A stretch of 31,006 nucleotides of DNA from a virus (Duplodnaviria > Caudoviricetes): IMG/VR virus record IMGVR_UViG_3300037484_001948, positions 1-31,006 of that record. One strand, written 5' to 3'. Below the pieces are notes generated by a model. The model was given only the letters and a program-made list of their open reading frames with translations. It was not told where the DNA came from and searched no databases. A program made the position numbers and the translations under genes. This document shows positions 1 to 7,818 of this stretch, in pieces; position 1 is the stretch's first letter; every line of letters begins with the position of its first letter.

Positions 1-363
1 TTAAATCTTGATACTTTGTCCTTTTTGGATAATTGGCATTTTTAGATATTTATCATATTCTTCAGGAGTCATCTTTCTATGTTTTTGTATACTATTTTCC
101 CAATAGCTATCAAACAATAAAAAGTCATTAATAGCTGATTCTAGTCCTCGTTTAGCATGAACGATCTTATCTCTAAAAGCCGTATCTGATACAAAGTCAA
201 ATCTAATGTTTTCTAATATTTCGTATGCTCTCAAAATTTGACTTCTGACAACTCCAGCCCTTGTTCGTGCAATTAAAAATTCACGTCTTCGCTGGTCATA
301 TTGTCTTTGTAATAACTCCTCTTTTGTAAAATGAGGATTGGCTATCGCTTTTATATTTTCCAT
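1..363 (-). CDS. hypothetical protein (~120 aa)
   Basis: ORF track 1..408. The ATG at 363 (MENIKAI) is preceded by an AAAGGAG Shine-Dalgarno (SD) sequence, so the start was moved there. Confidence 0.7.
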   Translation of the reverse strand: MENIKAIANPHFTKEELLQRQYDQRRREFLIARTRAGVVRSQILRAYEILENIRFDFVSDTAFRDKIVHAKRGLESAINDFLLFDSYWENSIQKHRKMTPEEYDKYLKMPIIQKGQSIKI

Positions 364-422
364 ACAAACTCCTTTTCTTCTATGCTTTCCGCATAGACTT
401 GACCCCACATTTAAAAGTGCAA

Positions 423-620
423 TTATCTACCATCAATAATTTTTCTGATGACATTAGCGAACACTGACCATAAAGCAACCACAACCGGCGTATATGCTCC
501 AAATTCAACCTGAGTGATAACTTGGGAGATATAGGTTAAGGCGGCTCCTGTCAAAGCAATGCCTAAGCCTGTTCCTAGCTTAACCAAGTCCTCACGTTTT
601 AGAGAATATGATTTATTCAT
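423..620 (-). CDS. putative holin (small, 2 hydrophobic segments)
   Basis: 65 aa with two predicted TM stretches and a basic C-terminus. GGAGG SD upstream; lies downstream of the endolysin. Confidence 0.65.
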   Translation of the reverse strand: MNKSYSLKREDLVKLGTGLGIALTGAALTYISQVITQVEFGAYTPVVVALWSVFANVIRKIIDGR

Positions 621-796
621 TTTTCCTCGCCTCCTTTAAATGCTTTTAATCTGTTAACGTCTTTTTCGGTAAATGTCCAAGTATTACTGCCTTTCTTTTC
701 CCCTATATTCAAAGCTCTGGCTATATGTCTAATATCTCTCCTTGAACAACCTAGTGTTTTTGCTAAATCCTCGGTAAAATATATGCCGTAGATCAT
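617..796 (-). CDS. small winged-HTH (excisionase/MerR-like) DNA-binding protein, 59 aa, absent from ORF track
   Basis: Manual translation MIYGIYFTEDLAKTLGCSRRDIRHIARALNIGEKKGSNTWTFTEKDVNRLKAFKGGEEK. It fills the gap exactly and its stop overlaps the next ATG (ATGA). Confidence 0.7.
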   Translation of the reverse strand: MIYGIYFTEDLAKTLGCSRRDIRHIARALNIGEKKGSNTWTFTEKDVNRLKAFKGGEEK

Positions 797-799
797 TTT

Positions 800-1051
800 T
801 CATTTAATTACTAACATCGTTTCAAGCTCTTTTATCTTTACTTCCATTGTTCCCAATCTTGTCTGCACCTCTTTATTTCTTTCAAAATATTCATTTTGCG
901 TTTGAACAAGATAATCTACTTTCTGGTTTAAAAGACTAATCTGGTTGCCAAGCGAAGACCATGACAGAGCGATTATTACCGCCGAGGTGATAAGCGGGAT
1001 GATGTTATTCGTAAGGAACCATTGAAATAGATCTTCTTGATTTTTACTCAT
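800..1051 (-). CDS. membrane protein with one TM segment and a coiled coil (lysis-cassette protein)
   Basis: N-terminal hydrophobic helix followed by heptad repeats; overlaps the endolysin stop. Confidence 0.55.
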   Translation of the reverse strand: MSKNQEDLFQWFLTNNIIPLITSAVIIALSWSSLGNQISLLNQKVDYLVQTQNEYFERNKEVQTRLGTMEVKIKELETMLVIK

Positions 1052-1820
1052 TCTTTTTTAATACTTGATCTAAGCCCATCAGCCACTTGTAAATTTTTAA
1101 CGTATATTTGTTTTTAGGAGTCAGCTTATTTTCAATCTCAGTCAGTTGTTTTTGAAAGGTTGCCCTGTCAGTTTTACAGGTTTCGTAGTTAGTATTGGCT
1201 TGTTCATATGATCTATGCCATTTATCCCTTAATTCTTCCAGTTTAAGCAGTTTTTCGGCATCATCTTTTACTTGTCCTACCGCCTCATCCCTTTCCTCCC
1301 TTACGTTTAGCAGTTCGGTGGATTGTTTGCTAATCACCTCATCCTTTTTATCGGCTGATTCAACGGCTTCTTTATGGGCTTTCAGACAGGCTTGAAGTTC
1401 GTTATCTTTAAATCTTAGCCATCCTAGAACAAAGTCGTAATTGTAAGTTTTAACGACACAAGGAGAGCCTATAGGATCGTTTTGTGAGAAGGCTTTAAAA
1501 GTATCAATATCACCTTCTCCGGTTGCGATTACAACGTGTCCGGCTGATCCAAACTTATTAGAGAATACGACTATATCCCCGACTTGTGGCACTCCATCTG
1601 GAGTATTAGGAATAATCGAAAAGTTATCTTTAGTTATTTGGGTAGGATTGGTGTAAATTTGGTAGGCATATAGGAGGCCGGAGAAGATGTTAATTGGCAA
1701 GCCTAACCATTCACACCAAGCAATTGCTAAATCGAAGCATTGATTTTTGTTTGTTGGATCAACCCGCTCTATAAACTGGTTTAAGTTAAGCGTTAAAAAC
1801 TCATTAAATTTGTTTTTCAT
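1044..1820 (-). CDS. CHAP-domain endolysin with C-terminal coiled coil
   Basis: NQCFDLA (catalytic Cys), PQVGDIVVF, AGHVVIA (catalytic His) and SQN motifs typical of CHAP domains. Confidence 0.85.
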   Translation of the reverse strand: MKNKFNEFLTLNLNQFIERVDPTNKNQCFDLAIAWCEWLGLPINIFSGLLYAYQIYTNPTQITKDNFSIIPNTPDGVPQVGDIVVFSNKFGSAGHVVIATGEGDIDTFKAFSQNDPIGSPCVVKTYNYDFVLGWLRFKDNELQACLKAHKEAVESADKKDEVISKQSTELLNVREERDEAVGQVKDDAEKLLKLEELRDKWHRSYEQANTNYETCKTDRATFQKQLTEIENKLTPKNKYTLKIYKWLMGLDQVLKKNE

Positions 1821-1823
1821 AAT

Positions 1824-2687
1824 TTAAGCCTCCTGAACTGATGCAACACATCCCCACTTTGCGGAAACTGTGTCGAAAATAAAGCTAGTTGTTAATACTT
1901 TTGATATAACTGTGGTTGTTGGAAGGGCAACGCCCCTTGCCTCAAAAGATGCCCCCCAATCTATTGCTCTTGCTGTTGCGTTATCTTTAATCCTAAAAAC
2001 TAGGGTTTGAAAATTTGTAGGTGTTCCTGACAAGTTTGTCGTCATGGATGTAATTGCAGCAGCCAAGGCTGTTATTGTTACACAATCACAGTTATCGGTG
2101 TTTACTGTCGGTTCCGCTGCGCTTGTTATCGTTGTTACTCTTTTGGTAATCCGTTTATTAGTCAATGTATCTGTTGTTGCAAGGCCGACAAGTGTGTCTG
2201 TTGCATTAGGCAGAGTTGCGACAGTGCTGTCGCCAGCCGATGTTAACGTCATTGTTTTGCTGACTGTTAACGTCTTGCCGTTTGCAATAGTCAAGGTGGC
2301 TGATGTAGCCGGCGCTGTTATTGCCACTTTATTAATACTGGTTGCCGTTGCTACTCCTAAGGTAGGCGTTACTAAGGTGGGCGAAGCTAGAGGAGCTTTA
2401 GCGTCTAGTTGCGTTTGGATAGCTGATGTTACTCCGTCCACGTAATTGATTTCAGTTATAGAGGCGGTTACGTCAGTTGCCCCATTAGCTAATGTATGCT
2501 TATGACCAGGGTTTGAGGATGATGTGCTTTTAAGAAGATAATCTAATGAAGTGGCAACAGCCGAATCGTCAACTCCTACTTTAGTTTCCAGAGCGTTATG
2601 AGCGTCTGCGTGTCCTACTGAGGATAAAGTGGCAGAAGATGCTCCTGTTAAAAAGCTGTTTAAAGTTGTAGGATAAGTGTTTGCCAT
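1824..2687 (-). CDS. virion fibre-like structural protein
   Basis: Thr/Ala-rich; fibre-like segments GVTSAIQTQLDAK and TDTLTNKRI; C-terminal beta-rich domain. Confidence 0.6.
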   Translation of the reverse strand: MANTYPTTLNSFLTGASSATLSSVGHADAHNALETKVGVDDSAVATSLDYLLKSTSSSNPGHKHTLANGATDVTASITEINYVDGVTSAIQTQLDAKAPLASPTLVTPTLGVATATSINKVAITAPATSATLTIANGKTLTVSKTMTLTSAGDSTVATLPNATDTLVGLATTDTLTNKRITKRVTTITSAAEPTVNTDNCDCVTITALAAAITSMTTNLSGTPTNFQTLVFRIKDNATARAIDWGASFEARGVALPTTTVISKVLTTSFIFDTVSAKWGCVASVQEA

Positions 2688-2690
2688 AGT

Positions 2691-2891
2691 TTATGTCCAT
2701 GTTGTCGGTGGGGCATATACCGAACTAAACTTTTCATCATCCATTATTAAAACAGTATCATCCATGATGTAATCTTCATCATCCATTACTGCCCCCAAGT
2801 TCTGAACCTCCCGCCCTTCATAACTGGTTGATGTTTTTGATACATCACTCCAGTTGGTTGAATTAACTGACGGCTTTGTCCAGTTTGTCAT
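2691..2891 (-). CDS. hypothetical small protein
   Basis: 66-aa ORF with an ATGA overlap with the upstream gene; three MDD repeats. Confidence 0.6.
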   Translation of the reverse strand: MTNWTKPSVNSTNWSDVSKTSTSYEGREVQNLGAVMDDEDYIMDDTVLIMDDEKFSSVYAPPTTWT

Positions 2892-3211
2892 ATTCCTCCT
2901 AATTGCGACTTTTTCATATCGCTGTCCATTTTCAACCTTTCGATTAGAGCTTTTATAATTATTTCGCTCTCTGGGGCAGGTTGAGGCATCTGCGCCCCTT
3001 GTGTCGGCCCTCCCATATTACCCTGAGGCGCCCCTTGCGGAGCACTTGGGCCTTGAATTTGAGGCATATTAACCGAGGGATCAAATCCATATGAGGCCGG
3101 AGATTGCTGTTGCAGGACACTTGTATCCATCCCCCTTGATTTCATCGCCTCAACAACTGGATCAGCACCTCCCAATAAAGCGCTACCGCTACCAAAATTT
3201 ACTGGATTCAT
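2888..3211 (-). CDS. hypothetical Pro/Gln/Gly-rich protein
   Basis: ORF track 2888..3229. The start is more likely the ATG at 3211 (MNPVNF), because the track's GTG lies inside the regulatory hairpin. Confidence 0.7.
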   Translation of the reverse strand: MNPVNFGSGSALLGGADPVVEAMKSRGMDTSVLQQQSPASYGFDPSVNMPQIQGPSAPQGAPQGNMGGPTQGAQMPQPAPESEIIIKALIERLKMDSDMKKSQLGGI

Positions 3212-3273
3212 AGATATAAAAAAAACCACGCTATTTGGGCGTGGTTAAATTACCTTATATATAAATTATAACA
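3212..3273 (-). promoter_or_regulatory. promoter-attenuator cassette E1
   Basis: TGtTATAAT-ttatatata-aGGT AATTTA ACCacgc-ccaaata-GCGTGG + U-tract-atatct-ATG. Confidence 0.85.
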
Positions 3274-3274
3274 C

Positions 3275-3961
3275 TTATCTATATAGCCTATTGCGGATTA
3301 TATCCATCAAAGCCTTAAGTTGACCTTTATTAGTATATTCTGTGTGAAGATGGGGTGCCGTAGACATTCCCGAACTTCCCTCTCTCATTACAGCCGAGCC
3401 TGTTGCTACTTCACTTCCTGATGGAAGTGGTGTATCTGCTCCATGACCAAGTAATGCCACATTTTCATACTTACCTAAAGAGGGAAAATCTTGCAATGAG
3501 TTAGCAGTTGGCAGGTATTGTTGAAATTCGTTAACTAGATTTTGTTTTTCTTCCGGCGCCATTTGAGCCAACTCTTGAGGATTAGCACCGACTATTGCAG
3601 TAACGTTTCCGTATCCTCCTGGCTGATAACCTGATAATACAAGTCCTCCAATAGCAGCTCTTATCTCATCTTCTGTAGTTGGCGTGCCATATTCAGGGTT
3701 TCGTATGTATGCTAGGTCTTCTCCCGCATGCCCGCCGGTTGAGGGATAGTTTTGAGGGTTTTCCCCTATTCCTTGTGTTTTGACAACTTGATCGTTGGCA
3801 AATGGCGATACAAAATCTGGAGGCTGACTAGGCGACTGAGGGGTAGGTGCTGGTTCAGGAGTGTAGTTCATGACCTTAAGTTCAGGGTTCTGGCTTAAAA
3901 ACTCCTGTATTTCCTGATCGGTATAATATTTTCTGGCTTCTCCGTAGTTGAAATATGCCAT
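3275..3961 (-). CDS. M23-family metallopeptidase (probable virion-associated cell-wall hydrolase)
   Basis: HAGED (HxxxD) and GSSGMSTAPHLH (HxH) zinc-ligand motifs. Confidence 0.8.
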   Translation of the reverse strand: MAYFNYGEARKYYTDQEIQEFLSQNPELKVMNYTPEPAPTPQSPSQPPDFVSPFANDQVVKTQGIGENPQNYPSTGGHAGEDLAYIRNPEYGTPTTEDEIRAAIGGLVLSGYQPGGYGNVTAIVGANPQELAQMAPEEKQNLVNEFQQYLPTANSLQDFPSLGKYENVALLGHGADTPLPSGSEVATGSAVMREGSSGMSTAPHLHTEYTNKGQLKALMDIIRNRLYR

Positions 3962-4018
3962 ATACTAAAAAACCCCGACACATCGGGGTTAATTTACCTT
4001 AATAGTTTAATTATAACA
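3962..4018 (-). promoter_or_regulatory. promoter-attenuator cassette E2
   Basis: TGtTATAAT-taaactatta-aGGT AAATTA ACCccga-tgtg-TCGGGG + U-tract-agtat-ATG. Confidence 0.85.
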
Positions 4019-4023
4019 TTTTG

Positions 4024-4032
4024 TGCTATAAT
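4024..4032 (+). promoter_or_regulatory. putative plus-strand extended -10 promoter (antisense to 4073..4261)
   Basis: TGcTATAAT, back-to-back with the E2 promoter. Confidence 0.4.
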
Positions 4033-4072
4033 TAAGGCGGAGGGATTTTTATACTTCTAAAAAGAATATATC

Positions 4073-4261
4073 TTATCTGCATTCTGGTAATGAAACTGTA
4101 GCAGCAATTCCTTTAATTTTTAATTGAAGATTAAGATTGTCTGTTATTATTTTAAATTCTTGACATCTTATCTCTTTCTTTTCATTCCGACCAGCAATAT
4201 AGCTAATAATTGCCATTATCATTCCAATTACAACAATAGTTTTTAAACAATTGTTTTTCAT
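4073..4261 (-). CDS. small single-TM protein, moron-like
   Basis: 62 aa, AT-rich, N-terminal hydrophobic helix; TATAAT 6 nt upstream of the ATG. Confidence 0.55.
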   Translation of the reverse strand: MKNNCLKTIVVIGMIMAIISYIAGRNEKKEIRCQEFKIITDNLNLQLKIKGIAATVSLPECR

Positions 4262-4300
4262 ATAAGAATTATACTAAAAATAGAAGTCAAGTAGTATTTT

Positions 4301-6700
4301 TTACTGACTTAAAGGATTATTCTCAATACTCGGTAAATATTCAGGCACTCCTGCTGTATTTTGCATATAATCCTGCATGCTTGATATGAACGAGCTTATT
4401 CTTTCTTTTAAAATGGGGGTGGGTAGGCTAAAGTCAAAAGTAAAATCAAGAAGGCTCTCAATCTCTTTATCTGACATATTAGCGCCTAACAAGGCATTTC
4501 TTGCTGCTGTTCTGGCAATAGCGATTTTTGACTTAAGGATAGTTATGTTTTTATCCTGTTGTCCAGTAAACTCCATACCTTTACTTACTAATGATTTTAA
4601 CGGCCCCGACTCAACTCCCTTATCAAGAATATTCAAAGCCGCCTGAGCCTGACGACCTGCAAAGTCAAACTTTTTATCAACTTCAGTTAAATCTTTTTTA
4701 CCCGCTTTTTTTTGATCGGCTTGGTATTTTACTTCAGTATCATATAGCTTTTTAATTCTTTCTGCATTAACCTCATCGCCAGCCATCACGGCATCGCTGT
4801 ATGCTTGGCCTAGCTCTTCTACAGTATGACGTGTTATATTTGGTAATTGACCATTGACAGGAGGTTGTAGACCTGTTACAATACCGTCATGATTGAGGCC
4901 TACCTTAAAATTGGATTTGCCTGTTTCATAATCACCTCTATTGTCGGCATAATCATCACTCTTTGGCCCACCAGAAAGTAACTCAACCGATTTAATAATA
5001 CCCACATTTCTCAATACATCTTCTGGCCCACCAATTTCAGGCAATAATCCTTTCTTACCCGCACCTAAAAATTTAGATGATACTTCGGGTCTTCCACCTA
5101 TTGCTTGAGCAGGTGCTGAAAACCACGTTGTTGGTTTTGTTAAGTCCAACTGTCCCAAGCCTAACCGTAAAGACGATCCTTGTGTGTTGGAAATAGCCCT
5201 AGCTCTATTTAAAACTGGCCGCAATGTAAGCACTTCCTCTTGTGTTCGCAAAGCATCGGCTAATTCAGGAAACATTTCTTTGATTGTATTTTTTAAAATA
5301 TTAGCTTCAAGTTTTTGGGATGCATTAGCAACAGCATCGGCAGCTGACACATCAACGATATTCTTACCAAACTTTTCGTTAGCATATCTTAGTATCTTGA
5401 TTGCTTGATTAAGGGAAACGCCATTTTTATATTTTTTTTCAACTTGTTTAATGATGGTTTTTATTGCTTGTGATCTGGTATCTCCTCCTAATTCTTTCTC
5501 AATAAGTCTCGCCTCTTTTTTTAAGGCTAAAAGTAAATCATCAGGTGAAATTCTAAAGTTAATACCTGCTGCCTTTGAGGTTGCTTGGATTTTTGTCTCT
5601 GCTGCATTTAAAATATCGTTTAAAACTCCACCTCTTCCTCTTTTTGAAATATCTCCAAGTACCTGATCGTAGCTTGTACCTTCGGGATAATATTTTTCAA
5701 TTAAAGCATTAATATCAACACCATGTTCTTCTAATGCTTTTTGCCATTGAGCAGGAGTTGCTTTTCCTATACCTTTAGCAACTTCTTTTGATATTGCCTC
5801 CCCAGGTTTTTTAGTTAAGTTTCTTAAAAACTTATATCCTGCTCCTGCTAACTCAAATGCTCCAGAAACTGCAGTACCTGTCAAAGTACCTCCAATAATT
5901 GAAGGTAATTCTTGTCCTTTTTCGCTTAATCCATATCCTGTCATCCCTCCTGTAAGACCACCTGCCAACATTCTGGTAGTAGTTGATCCGCCACCTGGGA
6001 CAAAAAACGCTGCAGTACCAACTCCGCCCTTAACAACATCCTCCGTTCCTTTTTCAGCCTTGGTTTTTGTCGTTTCTACATTTCTCTGAGTATATTGACC
6101 CATTCTCGAAGCTATCTTTTGGTTTTCCTGAAGAAGTCTTTGAGCTTGTTCTTTTTTGCCTTGTTCCTCTAACGTTCTTGCCAATACTAGGTTTTTTCTT
6201 ATCTGCTCCTGATCTGTTTTCATCATTGAGTTTACCGCTCCTTGGTCTTTTGCAACGTCATACGTTCCACCTAGTCCCTTACCAAACCTCTTTGGAGCAG
6301 AGAATATACCGCCTACAAAATCCATTGCTCCCTTACCTAGATTAGTTAAAAAACTGCTTGATCTAACCTGTGCCTCAGGATCAAACGAAGCTGAACTGTC
6401 GGCTTCAACAAAGCTATTAAATGCTGGTTTTGGTGTTGGTGTTGGTTGGAAATATGAAGATACTGGTTTGTCCGGTGTTTTATTCTTTGCATCATAATAA
6501 GCCTTAAACTCACTTGACATTGAAGGATTTTTCATAATATCCTCAGCCTGATTGCCTGAAGGTGATAAAGGTTGGGTTGAAAGCATCTGTTTATATGCTG
6601 CAGTTAAACCATATTGGGATAGATCATCCGGATTAACTGTTCTAGTTTCACCAGATTCTAAGTTCCTTATTTCAACTTGTCCATTTGGTAGTATTTTCAT
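4301..6700 (-). CDS. large internal virion / DNA ejection protein
   Basis: 799 aa, largely helical, with a Gly/Ala-rich hydrophobic central segment; position after the tail genes matches podovirus ejection proteins. Confidence 0.55.
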   Translation of the reverse strand: MKILPNGQVEIRNLESGETRTVNPDDLSQYGLTAAYKQMLSTQPLSPSGNQAEDIMKNPSMSSEFKAYYDAKNKTPDKPVSSYFQPTPTPKPAFNSFVEADSSASFDPEAQVRSSSFLTNLGKGAMDFVGGIFSAPKRFGKGLGGTYDVAKDQGAVNSMMKTDQEQIRKNLVLARTLEEQGKKEQAQRLLQENQKIASRMGQYTQRNVETTKTKAEKGTEDVVKGGVGTAAFFVPGGGSTTTRMLAGGLTGGMTGYGLSEKGQELPSIIGGTLTGTAVSGAFELAGAGYKFLRNLTKKPGEAISKEVAKGIGKATPAQWQKALEEHGVDINALIEKYYPEGTSYDQVLGDISKRGRGGVLNDILNAAETKIQATSKAAGINFRISPDDLLLALKKEARLIEKELGGDTRSQAIKTIIKQVEKKYKNGVSLNQAIKILRYANEKFGKNIVDVSAADAVANASQKLEANILKNTIKEMFPELADALRTQEEVLTLRPVLNRARAISNTQGSSLRLGLGQLDLTKPTTWFSAPAQAIGGRPEVSSKFLGAGKKGLLPEIGGPEDVLRNVGIIKSVELLSGGPKSDDYADNRGDYETGKSNFKVGLNHDGIVTGLQPPVNGQLPNITRHTVEELGQAYSDAVMAGDEVNAERIKKLYDTEVKYQADQKKAGKKDLTEVDKKFDFAGRQAQAALNILDKGVESGPLKSLVSKGMEFTGQQDKNITILKSKIAIARTAARNALLGANMSDKEIESLLDFTFDFSLPTPILKERISSFISSMQDYMQNTAGVPEYLPSIENNPLSQ

Positions 6701-6707
6701 TTAATTA

Positions 6708-7466
6708 TTAAGTCCAACCCGTCATTTTTCCCGTTTGGGTATTATATAAAGCTGAACTTCCTGTTGGCATAGCTGAATATTTAGATTGATTATCAATCTT
6801 ATATCTTTCCGCCTCCGCATTAATCTTTGCCGTTTCAATAGCTTTCTTATAATCCAACTCCGCCCTTGCATAAGCCTGTAATTCTTGGTATTCAACAGTA
6901 GATAGCTGAACACCTAATGATAGTTTTTGCAAGTATCCAGTAAGTTTAGATTCCATTTCGGTAGTGAATCCGGTATTTTCCCGTGCCCAGCGATCAACCA
7001 TAAACTCCCTCTCATAAGTAAAAGGCGTCATTAAGCGTTCACGCTCTGCCTGTTCAATACCCATTCTGTTTGATAGTTCTCCTTCTGCACTTGTCAGTCT
7101 ATTGCCTACGGCATTAACAACCGGCGCCAACTCTGATGATTTTTGACCGATAGTTCGCTCCAGTTGGTTTGCATTAACATCAAAGCCTTTTGTGGCTTCG
7201 CCGAAGGTGTAGGGAATATTTTGTAACGTAGTCTGTAATTGGCCATAGTTTTGCCTTAGTTGTGGCAACCCTAACTCTTCGCTTATTCTCTGGTTTAATA
7301 CAGGCAATGCTTCCTGTCCTCCAAGTCCTTGTCTAAATCTTGTTAACCAGTCATCTCCTTCAGTTTTTTGTCCTCCGTAAAATGATTGTCTTGTTCCTGT
7401 ATAACCGCCTAAGAAATTATTTAAGTCTGTAGAGTAGCGGTTTATGTCTGTATTAAGAGTTGCCAT
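6708..7466 (-). CDS. putative ejection/internal virion protein
   Basis: 252-aa helical Gln-rich protein; assigned by synteny. Confidence 0.5.
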   Translation of the reverse strand: MATLNTDINRYSTDLNNFLGGYTGTRQSFYGGQKTEGDDWLTRFRQGLGGQEALPVLNQRISEELGLPQLRQNYGQLQTTLQNIPYTFGEATKGFDVNANQLERTIGQKSSELAPVVNAVGNRLTSAEGELSNRMGIEQAERERLMTPFTYEREFMVDRWARENTGFTTEMESKLTGYLQKLSLGVQLSTVEYQELQAYARAELDYKKAIETAKINAEAERYKIDNQSKYSAMPTGSSALYNTQTGKMTGWT

Positions 7467-7527
7467 AATACTAAAAAAACCAGCCTTCTGGGCTGGTATA
7501 AAACTACCTAATAATTTAATTATACAC
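7467..7527 (-). promoter_or_regulatory. promoter-attenuator cassette E3 (variant loop)
   Basis: gtgTATAAT-taaattatt-aGGTA GTTTTA TACCagcc-cagaa-GGCTGG + U-tract-agtatt-ATG. Confidence 0.8.
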
Positions 7528-7532
7528 TATAT

Positions 7533-7817
7533 TCAAGTCAAGGTCTCAGTTACCCAAGCTGACCCGTTCCAGACACTTAGAACATTGGAATCTGTTGCAA
7601 AGAAAATTGGAGATCCCTGTAATGGTTCTTCTCCTGTTGTTGGACGTGCTGCTGCTAGACCTGACCTTATATAATTAACTCCTTCAGAAACGTGTCTTGA
7701 CTTTACGCATGAATTCATCAAATCAGTTTGTGTTATCCGTCTTGATTTCAATACTCTAACTTCATCCTCTAATCTGGCTACTTTTTGAATTAAATTGTAT
7801 ATCACTTGGTTTTCCAT
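7533..7817 (-). CDS. small tail-associated protein
   Basis: N-terminal coiled coil and a fibre-like C-terminal FFATDSNVLSVWNGSAW motif. Confidence 0.6.
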   Translation of the reverse strand: MENQVIYNLIQKVARLEDEVRVLKSRRITQTDLMNSCVKSRHVSEGVNYIRSGLAAARPTTGEEPLQGSPIFFATDSNVLSVWNGSAWVTETLT

Positions 7818-7818
7818 A

